The translations under genes and the position numbers were made by a program. The notes beneath the pieces are model-generated. The model ran no database searches. It was not told where the DNA came from and saw only the letters and a program-made list of their open reading frames with translations. Positions 46,148 to 58,700 of a DNA stretch of 64,000 nt are shown piece after piece; position 1 is the stretch's first letter, and the number at the start of each line of letters is the position of its first letter. Location of the stretch: assembly GCA_965112155.1 (NCBI GenBank), contig OZ218106.1. The stretch is one strand, 5' to 3'. Source of the stretch: Podarcis liolepis (Eukaryota).

Positions 46148-46854
46148 CAAGACGTAACTGGGTGTGTTCTTAGATAAATAAGGTATACTATTCATTGTCT
46201 CAAATTTTGAGTACAAAATTGTGCATCTGTGGATTGCTATTACTTTCAATCCAAAAATTGTTTACATTAATGTATGAGTTTGTATTAATGTTTATATGTA
46301 TAACATCTGAGCATGGATTAAATTTGTTTTACTTCTGCTGTGCCATATAGGTCACTTTAAGAAAGATATTCTGTAACTGTGGATTGCCAACATCTGTAAA
46401 TCAATATTGTGCTTGTTCATATAACCCTACTTTGTAACAGTTGCTGCTTACCGCAGCTACTACTATGCCATAAGATCCACTGTCCTGTAATATCACATAT
46501 GGTATATAGTTATTTATGGTTTTATATTATTTTTGCTGTAAAATGTGTGAGATCACAATATTGTATTTATTTGTATTACTTAGAGCTTTAACTACTGATG
46601 AAGCCCAGGATGGCAAAACAAGGTCTCTGTAACAACCTTTCATGTGGATTGTTTGGACCTTATGAACAGACAGGTGGAATACACTATTACACAAATGGAC
46701 CTTATGCAAAAACTGATTAGAGAATGATCTGATCTACTGGGTCTTCTGCTTTGTTCATTTGTTGAACTTTATGAGTTACTTCTGTTGAAATTTATGATTT
46801 GATACAATGAATAGTATACCTTATTTATCTAAGAACACAGCCGGTTACGTCTTG
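46148..46854. mobile_element. Insertion bounded by 58-bp inverted repeats, probably a Penelope-like element remnant
   Basis: 46148-46205 is the reverse complement of 46797-46854 (3 mismatches); interior has ctgatgaagcc...ggcaaaac...gtc resembling a minimal hammerhead core. Confidence 0.55.
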
Positions 46855-49653
46855 TGTGTTTATTGAGTATGCTTTACGTGACCATAGGTTTGTTTGTCGT
46901 TGTGTTGGTACACATTAGTGGGCTAGAAGACTTAAGTGCTGGTGGCAGAAACTTTATTAGGACTGTGACAAATATTTCTTCTTATGCAGCCTTTGATCCA
47001 ATGGAACAATCCCAGCCAATGAGGGATCATTCGATTAACACAATGCCACATAACTAGGTAGCCAAATTTGGAGACAGGCAGTGACCACTGGGGGGGGGCT
47101 CTCTCTGTTAATGGCCCCTGTGCATGTCGATGGAGTGAACATGAGCCCACCCTTCCGGATCCCAAATGACCCACGCTTCAGCGGCTGTGCATCAATTGGA
47201 CGCGCACAAAAAGGTTGCTGTTTTTATACAACAAGATCTCCAAAGGCAACAAACCCCAACAGAGACAGGTCAATGTTCTCCTCACATGGGATAATACATC
47301 ACCCTGACTCTATAGGGACATACACTTTAGCCCTTTCTCAGCCCAGGTCCCAACAACCTGGGAAGTAGGAAAGAGGGAAGCCGTTTTCATATGTGCCGTT
47401 GCGGGGACTAAGCGAAACAGCACTGGATGCAAATATTTTTTAACATATTCTTTTACTTATAAAGTAAGATATATCATTTCTCTCTATATATCATATATAC
47501 AAACATGTAGAATACACACAAGATAACACCAGAACAGGACCCAGGGCACCGTTTCCAAAGTACTTTGTGGTTTTCAACAGGTACATGGCCAAAGGAAGCT
47601 TTATGAGCAGCTGTGCAGAAGTGAAAGTGGAATGATTTATGCAAAAGGTGTGGCTCTAATTAGTACTGGCATCAAGCAGCAAGTCCACGGGTTCACATTG
47701 CGATCAGGGTTCAGCTAAAAGAGCTCAGCACTGCTACACCTCAGTGCCAGGTAACTTTATAGCGGCTTAATTCTGGGTTTTCATAGAATGACAGAATTGT
47801 AGAGTTGGAAGGGGCCTTGTGGGTCATCTATAGTCCAAACCCCTGCAATGCAGGAATCTCAACTAAAGCACCCATGTCTGAAGGCCCATACAACCTCTAC
47901 TTGAAAACCTTCAATGAAGGTCCACCACCTTTCCAGGGAGAACGTCCCACTGTGAAAGAATTCTTACTGCTTTGGGGTGGCAGTTTTCAATTCCAAGTAT
48001 TTATGTTCAAAGTATCTATGTCAGAAATGAAGAACTATTGTTGACAGCCTCTAGTACCAACGGTATATAGCAGTATATACCAAGTGTTCTGGGGCTCCAT
48101 CTTCCAGCAGTCCCAGCCAGCACGGCCAATTGTCAGGATTATGGGATCTGCAGTCCACAATACCTGCAGCTGCCATGTTGGCTACCCATGATCTAGAGGT
48201 GTGAATGGTCTCTGTGACACAACACTCTGGATCATATCCTTGGCCTCTATTACATGAAACCTATTGAAGTCCTGCCAAGGAATGCCGATTGTTCCCTTGG
48301 TCCCCCCCGTGGTAGATTTGAAGTGGGGGAGTGTAGAATTTCCTGGAGAAACTCTACTTACCTCATTTAAACCTTTTGCTTCCCTCCAGCATTTGCTTCT
48401 AAAGTGAAATTCTGACTAAGACGAGTGGCAAGTGCAAATATAACCCTACCCGTTCCCTTACAAAAATCTCCCTTCCAAAGCGTATCCTCAACTTTTTGCT
48501 AACTTGGGAAGAGGGAGAGAAATCCCTTAGGAACTTCAACCGTTGTGCAATCGAACACTGAATACCCACTGGGCAACATGTCCCCATCCAAGTTAACTCT
48601 GTGCATCTGTGACAGCATTTTTCAGTGGCTCTGAAAGAGAAGCAACATCTAAAAAAGAACTGAAGAACAAGATGTTCTTTGAAAGGGTTTAGCTCCTGAA
48701 AAGCAGTATTTTTTTTAAAAAAGGGGATTTCTTAGTATTGGTATATTTAAAGAAAAAACAAATAAATACAGAAAACCTACATTGCTTCTGCCTTTCGGAA
48801 GAAACGTGACGATTGCCACAATCCCTGTTAGTGTTGTGTCCACTTCTGCCTTGAGGGTTATGGAGGGGTTCTCCAATTATAAACCCACGGACAGAGGAAT
48901 AGACATGGGCTTCAGCCCAAGTGTAAAAGCCACATTCTGCTTATGAGAAATTGGACTTAAGAACAGGACATTACACACATACACACAGCTGATATTTTCT
49001 GTTTGACTTCCACTGAACGGAGTCTTAGCCCCGAGACCAAGATCCCTTTCTCTCCAGAACTGGACTAACCAAAACCAAAGTCAGCTTTGGTGGTTAACCT
49101 GGTGCCAGCAGGCTGAGCAGAGCAAAGCACAGCCAGCCACATTGCCTCCGAATCTCCTGGCTTTCTCTTACTTCTGTTCAAATAGGGAAGGAAAGACTTG
49201 TGAGAGCGGAGAAGATGAAACCCCACCTTTTCTCTCCTTGTGCGCTTGCTCCCTTTCGCACTGTGCAAATTAAGAGAGCCCCTTTGGCCTCTTCGCTCTC
49301 TCTCTCTCATCCTCTAAAAACATACGCTGTGCATAAGAAACACTTGGTTAAAAACCCCTTGAGAGGGTGTGTCACCCAGGTGCAAAGAGCCAACATCTTG
49401 TCTGTGCCAAAGAACCAGACAGAATTATCTACGTTGGACGGAGGGGGCGGAAATCACTGGCTCTGAGATTAAGCAGTAGCAGATGTGTTTGTTAAAGAGG
49501 CAACATCAAGTTAACGATGGTTTTCTACCCAGGCAGAAAGCACAAGGTGCTGGGAGAGAGAGAGATGGGCGCAACTATCTACAGATCTGCTCTCTGCCTT
49601 GCGAGGCCTCCTACAGGACAGTCCAGTCCACATCTCCTCGTAGCAGCAGCGAC

Positions 49654-49785
49654 TCAGGCCCATCTCCCGCTCGAGGCGAAGCTCCGGCTGAATGAGAAGT
49701 TGACCTCAGAGTTCTTGTATTTGCCCCAGGCTCCAAACGGCACGACGATGGCAGTGCTGTTATCTTCCGTTCCATACTGTATAGC
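49654..49785 (-). CDS. PPM1K: PPM1K last coding exon
   Basis: [43 protein letters not shown]; acceptor ctccctcag|. Confidence 0.96.
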   Translation of the reverse strand, partial: AIQYGTEDNSTAIVVPFGAWGKYKNSEVNFSFSRSFASSGRWA

Positions 49786-52700
49786 CTGAGGGAGAGATTG
49801 CAAAAGGCACAAAGCTTTAGCCCTTCACTCTGTTCGGCTGTATTCTTTCAACTAAGAATTGATGCAGGCAATCTGGAGTTTTGAAATCCTACCAAAATCA
49901 GGGATGGGGGGAAACTGTGACCTGCCCAATGTTGCTGGAATACAATTCCCATCACCCCAATCATTGGCCATGTTGCCTGAGGCTGGTGGGAACTGGTGTC
50001 CACAAGCATCTAATGCATTCCCCAGATAATTCAAATTCAAGGGAAGTCCCACCCCCCAAATTGTGGCTACATTATAGCCTCCCATTCCAAGCACCTCCCA
50101 AAGGCGTAAAAGCAATTGGACTTCATTGCCTGTGATTTGGCAGGCTTTGCCTACACTGGAGGGCTTACCCCGCCTTCAAATTTTATCCACTTCTGTCAAA
50201 AGAGGAAATGTATGCATAAATACACAAGTTTCCCAATTGTGAATGACGAGCAGGAGAGAAATAAAATGGACTTAGATGGATCAGTCAAACTGGACAATCC
50301 ATAAAGTACCTTGCGCTGAGGTGGTCTGTTTTACAAACTACTAAAATCAGGATCTGAACCTAATCTTGTTATCAGTACATACTTTCTAGAAACTGAAGTC
50401 TGTGACTATTAATAAACAGGAACGGATTGAGAAGGGTGTTGATACAAAAGCTACCCACAAATTTCAGCCACTCTGCACATTTCTGCATGTTGGACCTTTT
50501 TAGAAGTCTGTGAATTTCAACATGGGGCAAATGCATCACAGGGTGGTGTGGGAGGAGAAAGAATAGCCCACAGAAGTTTTAACACGGGGTGGATACTGTT
50601 TAATAACAATCATCATAATGGCAAAATAAAATAAAATACAATTTTGTTCATCATCAGCTAATGCCACCACATTGTATACCTAGCTTAACACAGCTGCAGT
50701 TCCTACAACCTCTGACCATTGGCAATGCTGGCTAGGGCTGATGGGAGCTGGGGTCCAATAGCATCCAGGGGAGCCCCACATCAGTTACTCCTAAGTTACG
50801 CTATCAATAAATGTGGGGAACAGTGATCTTCAGATTTTGGGGGGGAAATAAAACAATGCAGACTGTAGTGTATGGATTTATTTTTTGGATTCCAGCTGAC
50901 TAGATATGGTAGTCATCCATTGACTGCCTGCGTTGTTCAAAATTAGTATCTTCTCGGTTTGAGTAAGAGAACCGTTCCCAGCAGGTAAACAGTTGCAGCA
51001 GCAGTTCTGTTGACTTTTTCAGCATCTGTTTTCGAAAAGCAACTCTTTATATCTGACAGTAAAGCAAGACTATGGGTCCCTGCTGTCCTTGAGCAAGGGC
51101 ACAACTGAAAGGAAAGTGATGTATCTGAGCTACACCAGCAACTTCCAATTAGCTGTTGAAGGCAATAAAACCTAATGGGAAAATTTTCCTTGCAGGAACA
51201 CAACCGCCATATACGTTTAACAAACTGGGCTTGTCTCATCACTGGTTTGTAGGAGGTTGTTCCACCCCAAAAGAATCAAGCGGACTTAACTGGCTTTGCT
51301 CAAAACTGGACAGTGGTGGTGTTTTCTGTGTTGGAAAGGCAGAAACGCCTACCTGCTCAGTTACAAGGTGAGCTGCTTCCGTGGGATCGTGACACTGGCT
51401 AACAAAGTCACAGATTTCTTGGCTGTTCACCATGAAGTTGATGCCGTCTGTGGTAAGGACCAGGAAGCTGTCGCTCGCATGGTGCAACTGAAATGACACG
51501 CCACACAAACAAAAGTATACTAAATGCCCAGCTTTGAGTAGTGATACAAACGTAAACATACTTATTTCCACAAGTGAGAGCTGCAACAAAGTGTTGCAGT
51601 GTGGCGTGATCCTCTTCAGGGTTCCATCAGCCCCCTCTTTCCATGAACCTCAATTTTATTACCCTTCCCTCTAGTTTTATATTACCCCTCCCCCCCAAAA
51701 AAAAGAACCCACACTTTGCATTCTGTGGCCAATCATGTTCAGTCTTCATAGGGCTATTTTTGGGATGAGGGCACCTAGTATATTTTTAATACAGTGGTAC
51801 CTTGGGTTAAGAACTTAATTTGTTCTGGAGGTCCATTCTTAACCTGAAGTTGTTCTTAACCTGAGGTACCACTTTAGCTAATGGGGCCTACCGCTGCCGC
51901 CACGCGATTTCTGTTCTCATCCTGAAGCAAAGTTTTTAACCCGGGGTACTATTTCTGGGTTAGCGCAGTCTGTAACCTGAAGCATCTGTAACCTGAAGTG
52001 TCTGTAACCCGAGGTACCACTATACTACTGCAAAATTTTGAGCTTCCTTCTCAGCGGCCCCAGTTACGCTACAATCCTGCTGGCCCTCACCTGCCGAGTT
52101 AACCATTAGAGGGAGGGCAAATACTTTTAACCTAGGTAGCATTCCGATCTTTTCCTCTCTCTCTCTCTGGCTCACCCTCATTAACCCTATAAGGAAAAGT
52201 GAGTAATACTGGCCAGGAACAGAGGTCAGTAGTGGCTCTCCCACCTCCCTCTCAAAGCCAGCTAGGCCTCAAGGGAAGAAAAGATTCCGAGATGCATAGG
52301 TATATAGCCAAAAATGCATCTCCCTGGAACTTGGCAACTCTGCAAAAGTGGCTTTATTGACACACACATTCTGTATGCTATCCAAGGCACAAATGCTTTG
52401 TTGAAAAAAATAAATTAGCCAGGAAACACCCCCCCCCCCGCCCCTAGGTCCAAATACTGTATAGACCAGGCCATAGCAGGCTCTGCCAGGGTACCACAGT
52501 CTGAAAGAGCAGTGATAGTGGGAAACACTTCTAAGGAATGGTAGCAGTGCCAGCTATTTTGTGCTGTGCCATCTTTACAAGAAAATGAGGTCAGGGTGTA
52601 GAAAAGGAAGATGCTCAGCCTCTTACCTGAAGCCGTTTTGTCTCTGGTTCTGCTATGACACCGTATTTCTTAAGGTCCAAATCTCCTATGCTGCGGGTCA

Positions 52701-55700
52701 TTGCAAGCCTGCCGTTTACGTGGGGCTGTCCCAGGCTGTTCCAGACTATGAAACCACCAGTTTTCTTGATTCTTCACATGCGCAAACACACAAAGTAGGA
52801 AAGGAAGAGAGGATGGAACGTTCACTATGGTTGTACATATCCAAGCAATAAGCACGGCCAATTTATGCAAGCGACGCCAACCACAGCTTTGCTGTGAAAG
52901 AGCTTAGTGTATTTTTGGTCTTTGTGGATGCCGCCCAGAGTGGCTGGGGAAACCCAGCCAGATGGGTGGCGTACAAATAATAAAATTTATTATTATTATT
53001 ACTATTACTATTATTATTATTATTATTATTATTATTTGCCCACAGCTGCTCGTTTTCATTCCTTAGCAGTCTTTGCAAGGGATACAAATTTTACATTCCC
53101 CCCCCCCCCCAAAAAAAAACAACAGCTCCAGCCCAAGGTTTCTGGTGAAGTACCTTTCCTTCTCATCCTTCCTTTCCGGAGTGTGGTCGATGGTCAGTTT
53201 CATGGCTTTCCCCTTGCGACACAGAAGGGCGCGGCTGTCTCCAACACTGGCCACAACCAGCTCAATCCCATCACGCAACAAGGCCACTGTCGCCGTGGTT
53301 CCGGCATTCAGCAAGGTAGCTACAAAACGTCATGCAAGGAGAGGCGGTCAAGGCCTGAGCACTACACACGAAGCTGCCACTCAACTTAAAAAACTTTAAC
53401 CACCCGTAAAGAGTCACTGCTGCATAGCTAAAACTACAAAGACAGGAAACAAGCAGCGTGGGGGCATGCACACAAAGCAGCAGCGTTTTGGCAACAAGAC
53501 TCCATGCAATGGGGAGAAAATGTGGCATGTTGGTGCTTGGGCTGGGTGAAGTCTGTGGCGAGTTCTCGTCTATTCTCATACTAGTAAAACAGGTGCAGCT
53601 ACAGAGCCTTAAAAGGGACGCGGGTGGCGCTGTGGGTTAAACCACAGAGCGTAGGGTTTGCTGATCAGAAAGTCGGCGGTTCAAATCCCCGCGGCGGGGT
53701 GAGCTTCGGTTGCTCGGTCCCTGCTCCTGCCAACCTACCAGTTCAAAAGCACGAAGTGCAAGTAGATAAACAGATACTGCTCCAGCAGGGAGGTAAACAG
53801 CGTTTCCGTGCGCTGCTCTGGTTCGCCAGAAGCGGCTTAGTCATGCTGGCCGCATGACCCAGAAGCTGTACGCCGGCTCCCTCAGACAGTAAAGCGAGAT
53901 GAGAGCCGCAACCCCAGCGTCGACCACGACTGGACCTTATGGTCAGGGGTCCCTTTACCTTTACAGAGCCTTAAACAAATGCCCTTACACAGTAGCTTTC
54001 TGAAGTACTTTAATTAAACTGGCATGTGCTTTACAGGGGCTGAAGTTCTACGAGTAGTGGGAAAGCCTTTTTCCTTACTCCCGGGTGATCAGTAGCAAAG
54101 CTGCATGGCGCTGGATCAGTTTCCTTTTTGGGTACAGATGCAGGAGAACTAAGCCAGTTGTGAAAGGTATGACAAGCCTTTCAGGGAAGGGGATCAGGCC
54201 AGGTCAGCGTTCGAAATTCACCAGGCGCATTTCACACCTGGCTATCTGCCACTATCCGTTCTGTTTTATCAGAATGAATTTCAGGAACCAAAAAGCCATA
54301 CTGAAAAATAGGGCTTTCAAGCCACCTGGTCCCAAAATGGCCGCCATGCATTCCGTTGGGCGAGTGTGACCCTGGTTTATGGACCCATATGGCGCCCAAC
54401 TTATAGAACTGAATTCCTAACACTGGCGCCAGGTCCTGAGTTATGCCTAGTTTTGCCCCTGAACTGAAATGCCAAGAGAATCTACAGCAATCTTTTAATA
54501 AGGGGGAGAGTTGAGTTACTGGTTCGTGTATTTTTGTTATTGTTTTTATCACATATTTAAAGTGTTTCTATATTGTGTTTCTTTGTTGTGAACCACCCTG
54601 AGATCTACGGATGAAAGGGCGGCATGCATTATAAAAAATATATATTAAAAAATAAAGAAGAACTGAACACTTGAGGGGCGGGGGGCGGGGAGACATCAAG
54701 CCTTGTTGTGAAGTGGAAGCACCACAGAATGGAGACGTTAGATAGGAAAACAAAAGGACAGCAACAGAAGAGGAATCTAAACTAGGCAATGAATTAAAAC
54801 AGGTATTCTTACTGCAAAGAGCTCGCTGACCAGCTGTTGAAAACTGCCTTTGTAAGGTTGCCCAACAATTTTTGATGGAATAATTTCCCCCCCTTCCTCC
54901 CATCTCTTCTTGGATGTTTTGTATCATTAGGAAATGTATTTATTTTCTTGCGTTCATATCCCACCTTTCCTCCAAAGAGTTCAAGGCGATATACGTGGCT
55001 TCTCTTCCTCCCCATTTTATTCCCACAAGAACCCTGTGAGGTAGGTCAGGCTGAAAGTGAGTGACTGGCCTGAGGTCACCCAGGGAGCTTAATAGATGAG
55101 TGGGGATTTGAGCCCTGGGCAGAATCTAGACACATATAAAAATACTTTTTAATTTAATTTTATTTTTGAAAAATATATTGAATTTGCCATAAGCTCACCA
55201 TCACTATGTAGTGTCAAATTTGTATAATGCAAATAAAATGCACTTAAAATGTGGCATTTGCAGCTTTATAGCCAAGTCCCTGGTCTCACGCCTTAAGTCC
55301 AACTCTCTAACCACAGAAAGCTCAATGTGGTCATGACATTATAGCACAATCAGCCTGGTATTATTTGTGTTTTGGAAGTACACCTCGTGGGCTTGGGTGT
55401 GCGACTTACTTCTAGGTCCACCTGCATAACATTCCTGCACACTCCAAAGCAGGTGCTTAAATAAGGAAAGGGTGGGAAAGGAGAAGCACTACACATGAAA
55501 TGGAGAGGGGCAAACCACACTTTTTAGCATTGCTCGTAAGATACCTGTTTTAAGTAGCAATATGAATAAAGCACAGCAAGGCGTAAAAGGTTGAGCTAAT
55601 TTTTGCCTTCTTTCCCAACTCCCCTCTAAATTTTAAAGGCCAGATCTGGAGGCCACCTCTAGTTCCCCCACCTCCCTCGCCCCAATTCAATTCCTTGCTT

Positions 55701-58700
55701 TTCGAACTGCAGTGCCACTTCAGGAAGAGACTACTATGAGTGCTTCTACATGGAGGTTTAATATGACAAATGGGTCATCGAATTCGGGGGGATGTTTGCA
55801 ACAGGCCTTTTTTCTTTAACTTGTTGGATTTCCTTGGCATTGACGCCAGGTGAATGCTGTGGAAAACCTCAGGAATCAGAGCACCCATCCCATAATGATG
55901 GAATCAGTCCGAGACATCAGATACAAATGTACAGTGGCAGGACATCTTGAATCAGTGGGTTTGTTTTTCCGCTCTTGGAAAGCACAAACTCCAGGGCAGT
56001 TTCGGACTTCATTTGGGATGGGAATTATCAGACATTGTTATTTTATTTTATTTTTACGCCCATAAAATTAAGGAAAGGCAAGTTGCACATTTTGGGATGT
56101 GCATCTGTAACCAAACGTTACCTTAGCATCACTGCTCTAAAAGGCAACGCCTTCCCTGAAACCCCATCGTAAGAGGCTGGCGTGATCTTGCCACCCAAAA
56201 TCAGAAAAGAGGCACAGCTTTGCTCCTCTTGCACAGTGTTAAAAGCCTGACGACATAGCTTTTTGGGATGAGCAATCTACAGCCCTTCTCCAAATACCAC
56301 ACTGAGATTTGTGTGTATGCACACACCCAATGTCTGAGGGTGTTGCAGCGAATCCCAGGGTCATAACTAAAAGCACTCAGGAGTGAATGCACAGAAATTC
56401 CTAGATAGCCTCTGCAAAAGGAGTTAAAGTAATTGACCTCTTATCCTGTTGGATAGGTAGATCCTAAAAGCCTGAGCTACTCAGCACTAAGAAATAACAC
56501 AGCCCTCAGTTTAACGTTCTCTTCCACTTCCTAAATGAATAGTGAAACTTTGTGGGAAGCCCTATGTTTTTTGTTCCTAAGCTTTGCTTCCAGGAGTACC
56601 ATGCCCAGTTGTGGGTGCCACATTTTAAGGCGGACGTTGACGAACTGTCCAGAGGACAGTGATCAAAACAATGAGTGGACTAAGCTGTGTACACACCATA
56701 CCTTCAAAGCATATTCGTTCCCTCAAAGAATTCTGGGCACTGTGGTTTGTCAAGGGTTGCTGGGAACTAACTCTGCGCGTGGCAAACTACAGTACCCAGA
56801 ATTCTTTGAGGGAAAGAACCTGTTTTGAATGTGCTTTAAAAGTATAATGTATATAATGGGAAGGGCCATTAGGATCAGATGATGCCAGACCACAACTCCC
56901 ATCATGCCTGACCATTAGCCATGTTTCCTGGGAAGAACAAAAATTTGAGTCAGACATCACTGATGGCCACAGGTTGCCCACCTCTGCCTAAATGCCTCAA
57001 GCTGGGCAATGCATTCATATCTACTGAAGTTTGTACAGGAGTCCTTTCCAAGTTTCACTGGAATGATGAGAGAATGTAAAAAGAAAAAAAATGCAAATAG
57101 GTGGATTTGTTCCGCAAGCGGTATTGCAGTTCCAAAATCAAGGAATCACACTATTCATAAAGTCACTAGCCATTTGCCACCATTTATTCCGAAGGTATCT
57201 AGCAGCATAAAAACACATTGGCTCAGAACACAAGTTAATTAACTTATTTTAAAACAAAACAAAAATTTGTTTGCTTCCTAGACAGCTACAGAAATTATGT
57301 TACTACAGAAATATTATCATCTAAAATCTTTCAAGAGGTATCTTAACACTCACTGGGCACCTTTTAGAGCATGTCGTCACAACTAATGTGACAAAGTGGT
57401 TGTGGGAACCTTCCGATGGTCCCGGCTAGGAACCCGCCAGACTCCTTCACCTGGGACCACATTAAGCAGATCTCTCTTTCCACTGAAGCCCAGCATAGAG
57501 TCCCGGGCCTCCAATTCTAGAGCTGTTGGTCAGGTACAGTGTCTGCCATAAATAACATGTACACAGAGGCAAATAGGAAATTCACCCAGGAATTTTGCTC
57601 AAAGTAAAGAGAGGAAACCTGCAACACTTGGGATGATCAGAGCTGCAAAAGAGAGCGAAGCATTCCCTCTTAACTCAAGGGCTCGGCTTAGAAATGCTAT
57701 GGGGGTATATTATTGCACCCAATTTTATTACGCATCCATCTCTGATAGCAACCATGGCTTGGTTACTAGGCCAATCCATCTGCACACCTCCTGCTGTTCA
57801 AACACTCGACGAGGGATTATGAAGTTTGGAATTGCACAGCTCTAAAAAGGCATTTAAAAGGAACATTTTATAAGGGGACTGGCCAAATAAGCGGTTTTAT
57901 TAGTTACACTGTGCACATCTGACCTGGGCAAATATAATCAATCACCAAGGAGGGGGGAAATACCGGGGTGGGTTTGTTTTTTGGCTTCTAGTTTTTAACT
58001 GAGTAAAACCCACTTACGCATTTGCCTAGCTGTTATTTGTCCAAAAGTCCCAACCATTTGCATTAGGCAAAGTTGGATACTTTAAAGGGCACTGCGGCTG
58101 TTGTGCTCCAACCAATTTTAACATTAAAAAACCACCATCTCCAGTAGCCTATAAGTACAATTCCCTGGGAATTTAGTTGCACAGCCACACTAAGACAGAT
58201 AGGACACGTGCAAGGCATAATTCCTGTTCACTTCAGAGCAATGGCCTGGTAGATAAATGTAGCAAATGCACCCAAGTTTGGTGTCACAAATCTGAACATA
58301 AAAACAGGCATGTTTCTGCAGCTCTTTCACTTCTTCAGTGTTGCAGGTTAACATATTAAAGAATTTAAAAATCATGGTTTTGATTGGCAACTTCTTAAGA
58401 CGAGGAAACAAAAATTACACCACACCTTTTTTTTATTACTAACTATACTGTCATTACTAAATCAACATTGTAAAACAAGACTCAGACTACCCAAACAGCG
58501 CATTAACTACAAGTCTGATTGTAATAAAGCATCTGTAAATTGATGGCCCAGGAACATATTTTAAACTTCTGGGGCAGGTAGGCAGTTTGAATGAAACTGC
58601 TTGCGAGGTGTAATTATGCCCCGTGGGCCAGAGGTTCACCATCACTGATGTATAGGCAGCAATAAAACTGCTAGTATATTTGCAAAGCTAAGCAGGTCCG

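Noticed and set aside
52907-53389. 160-aa ORF with a poly-Tyr tract
   Set aside because: Translation of a (TAT)n microsatellite joined to the antisense strand of a PPM1K exon.
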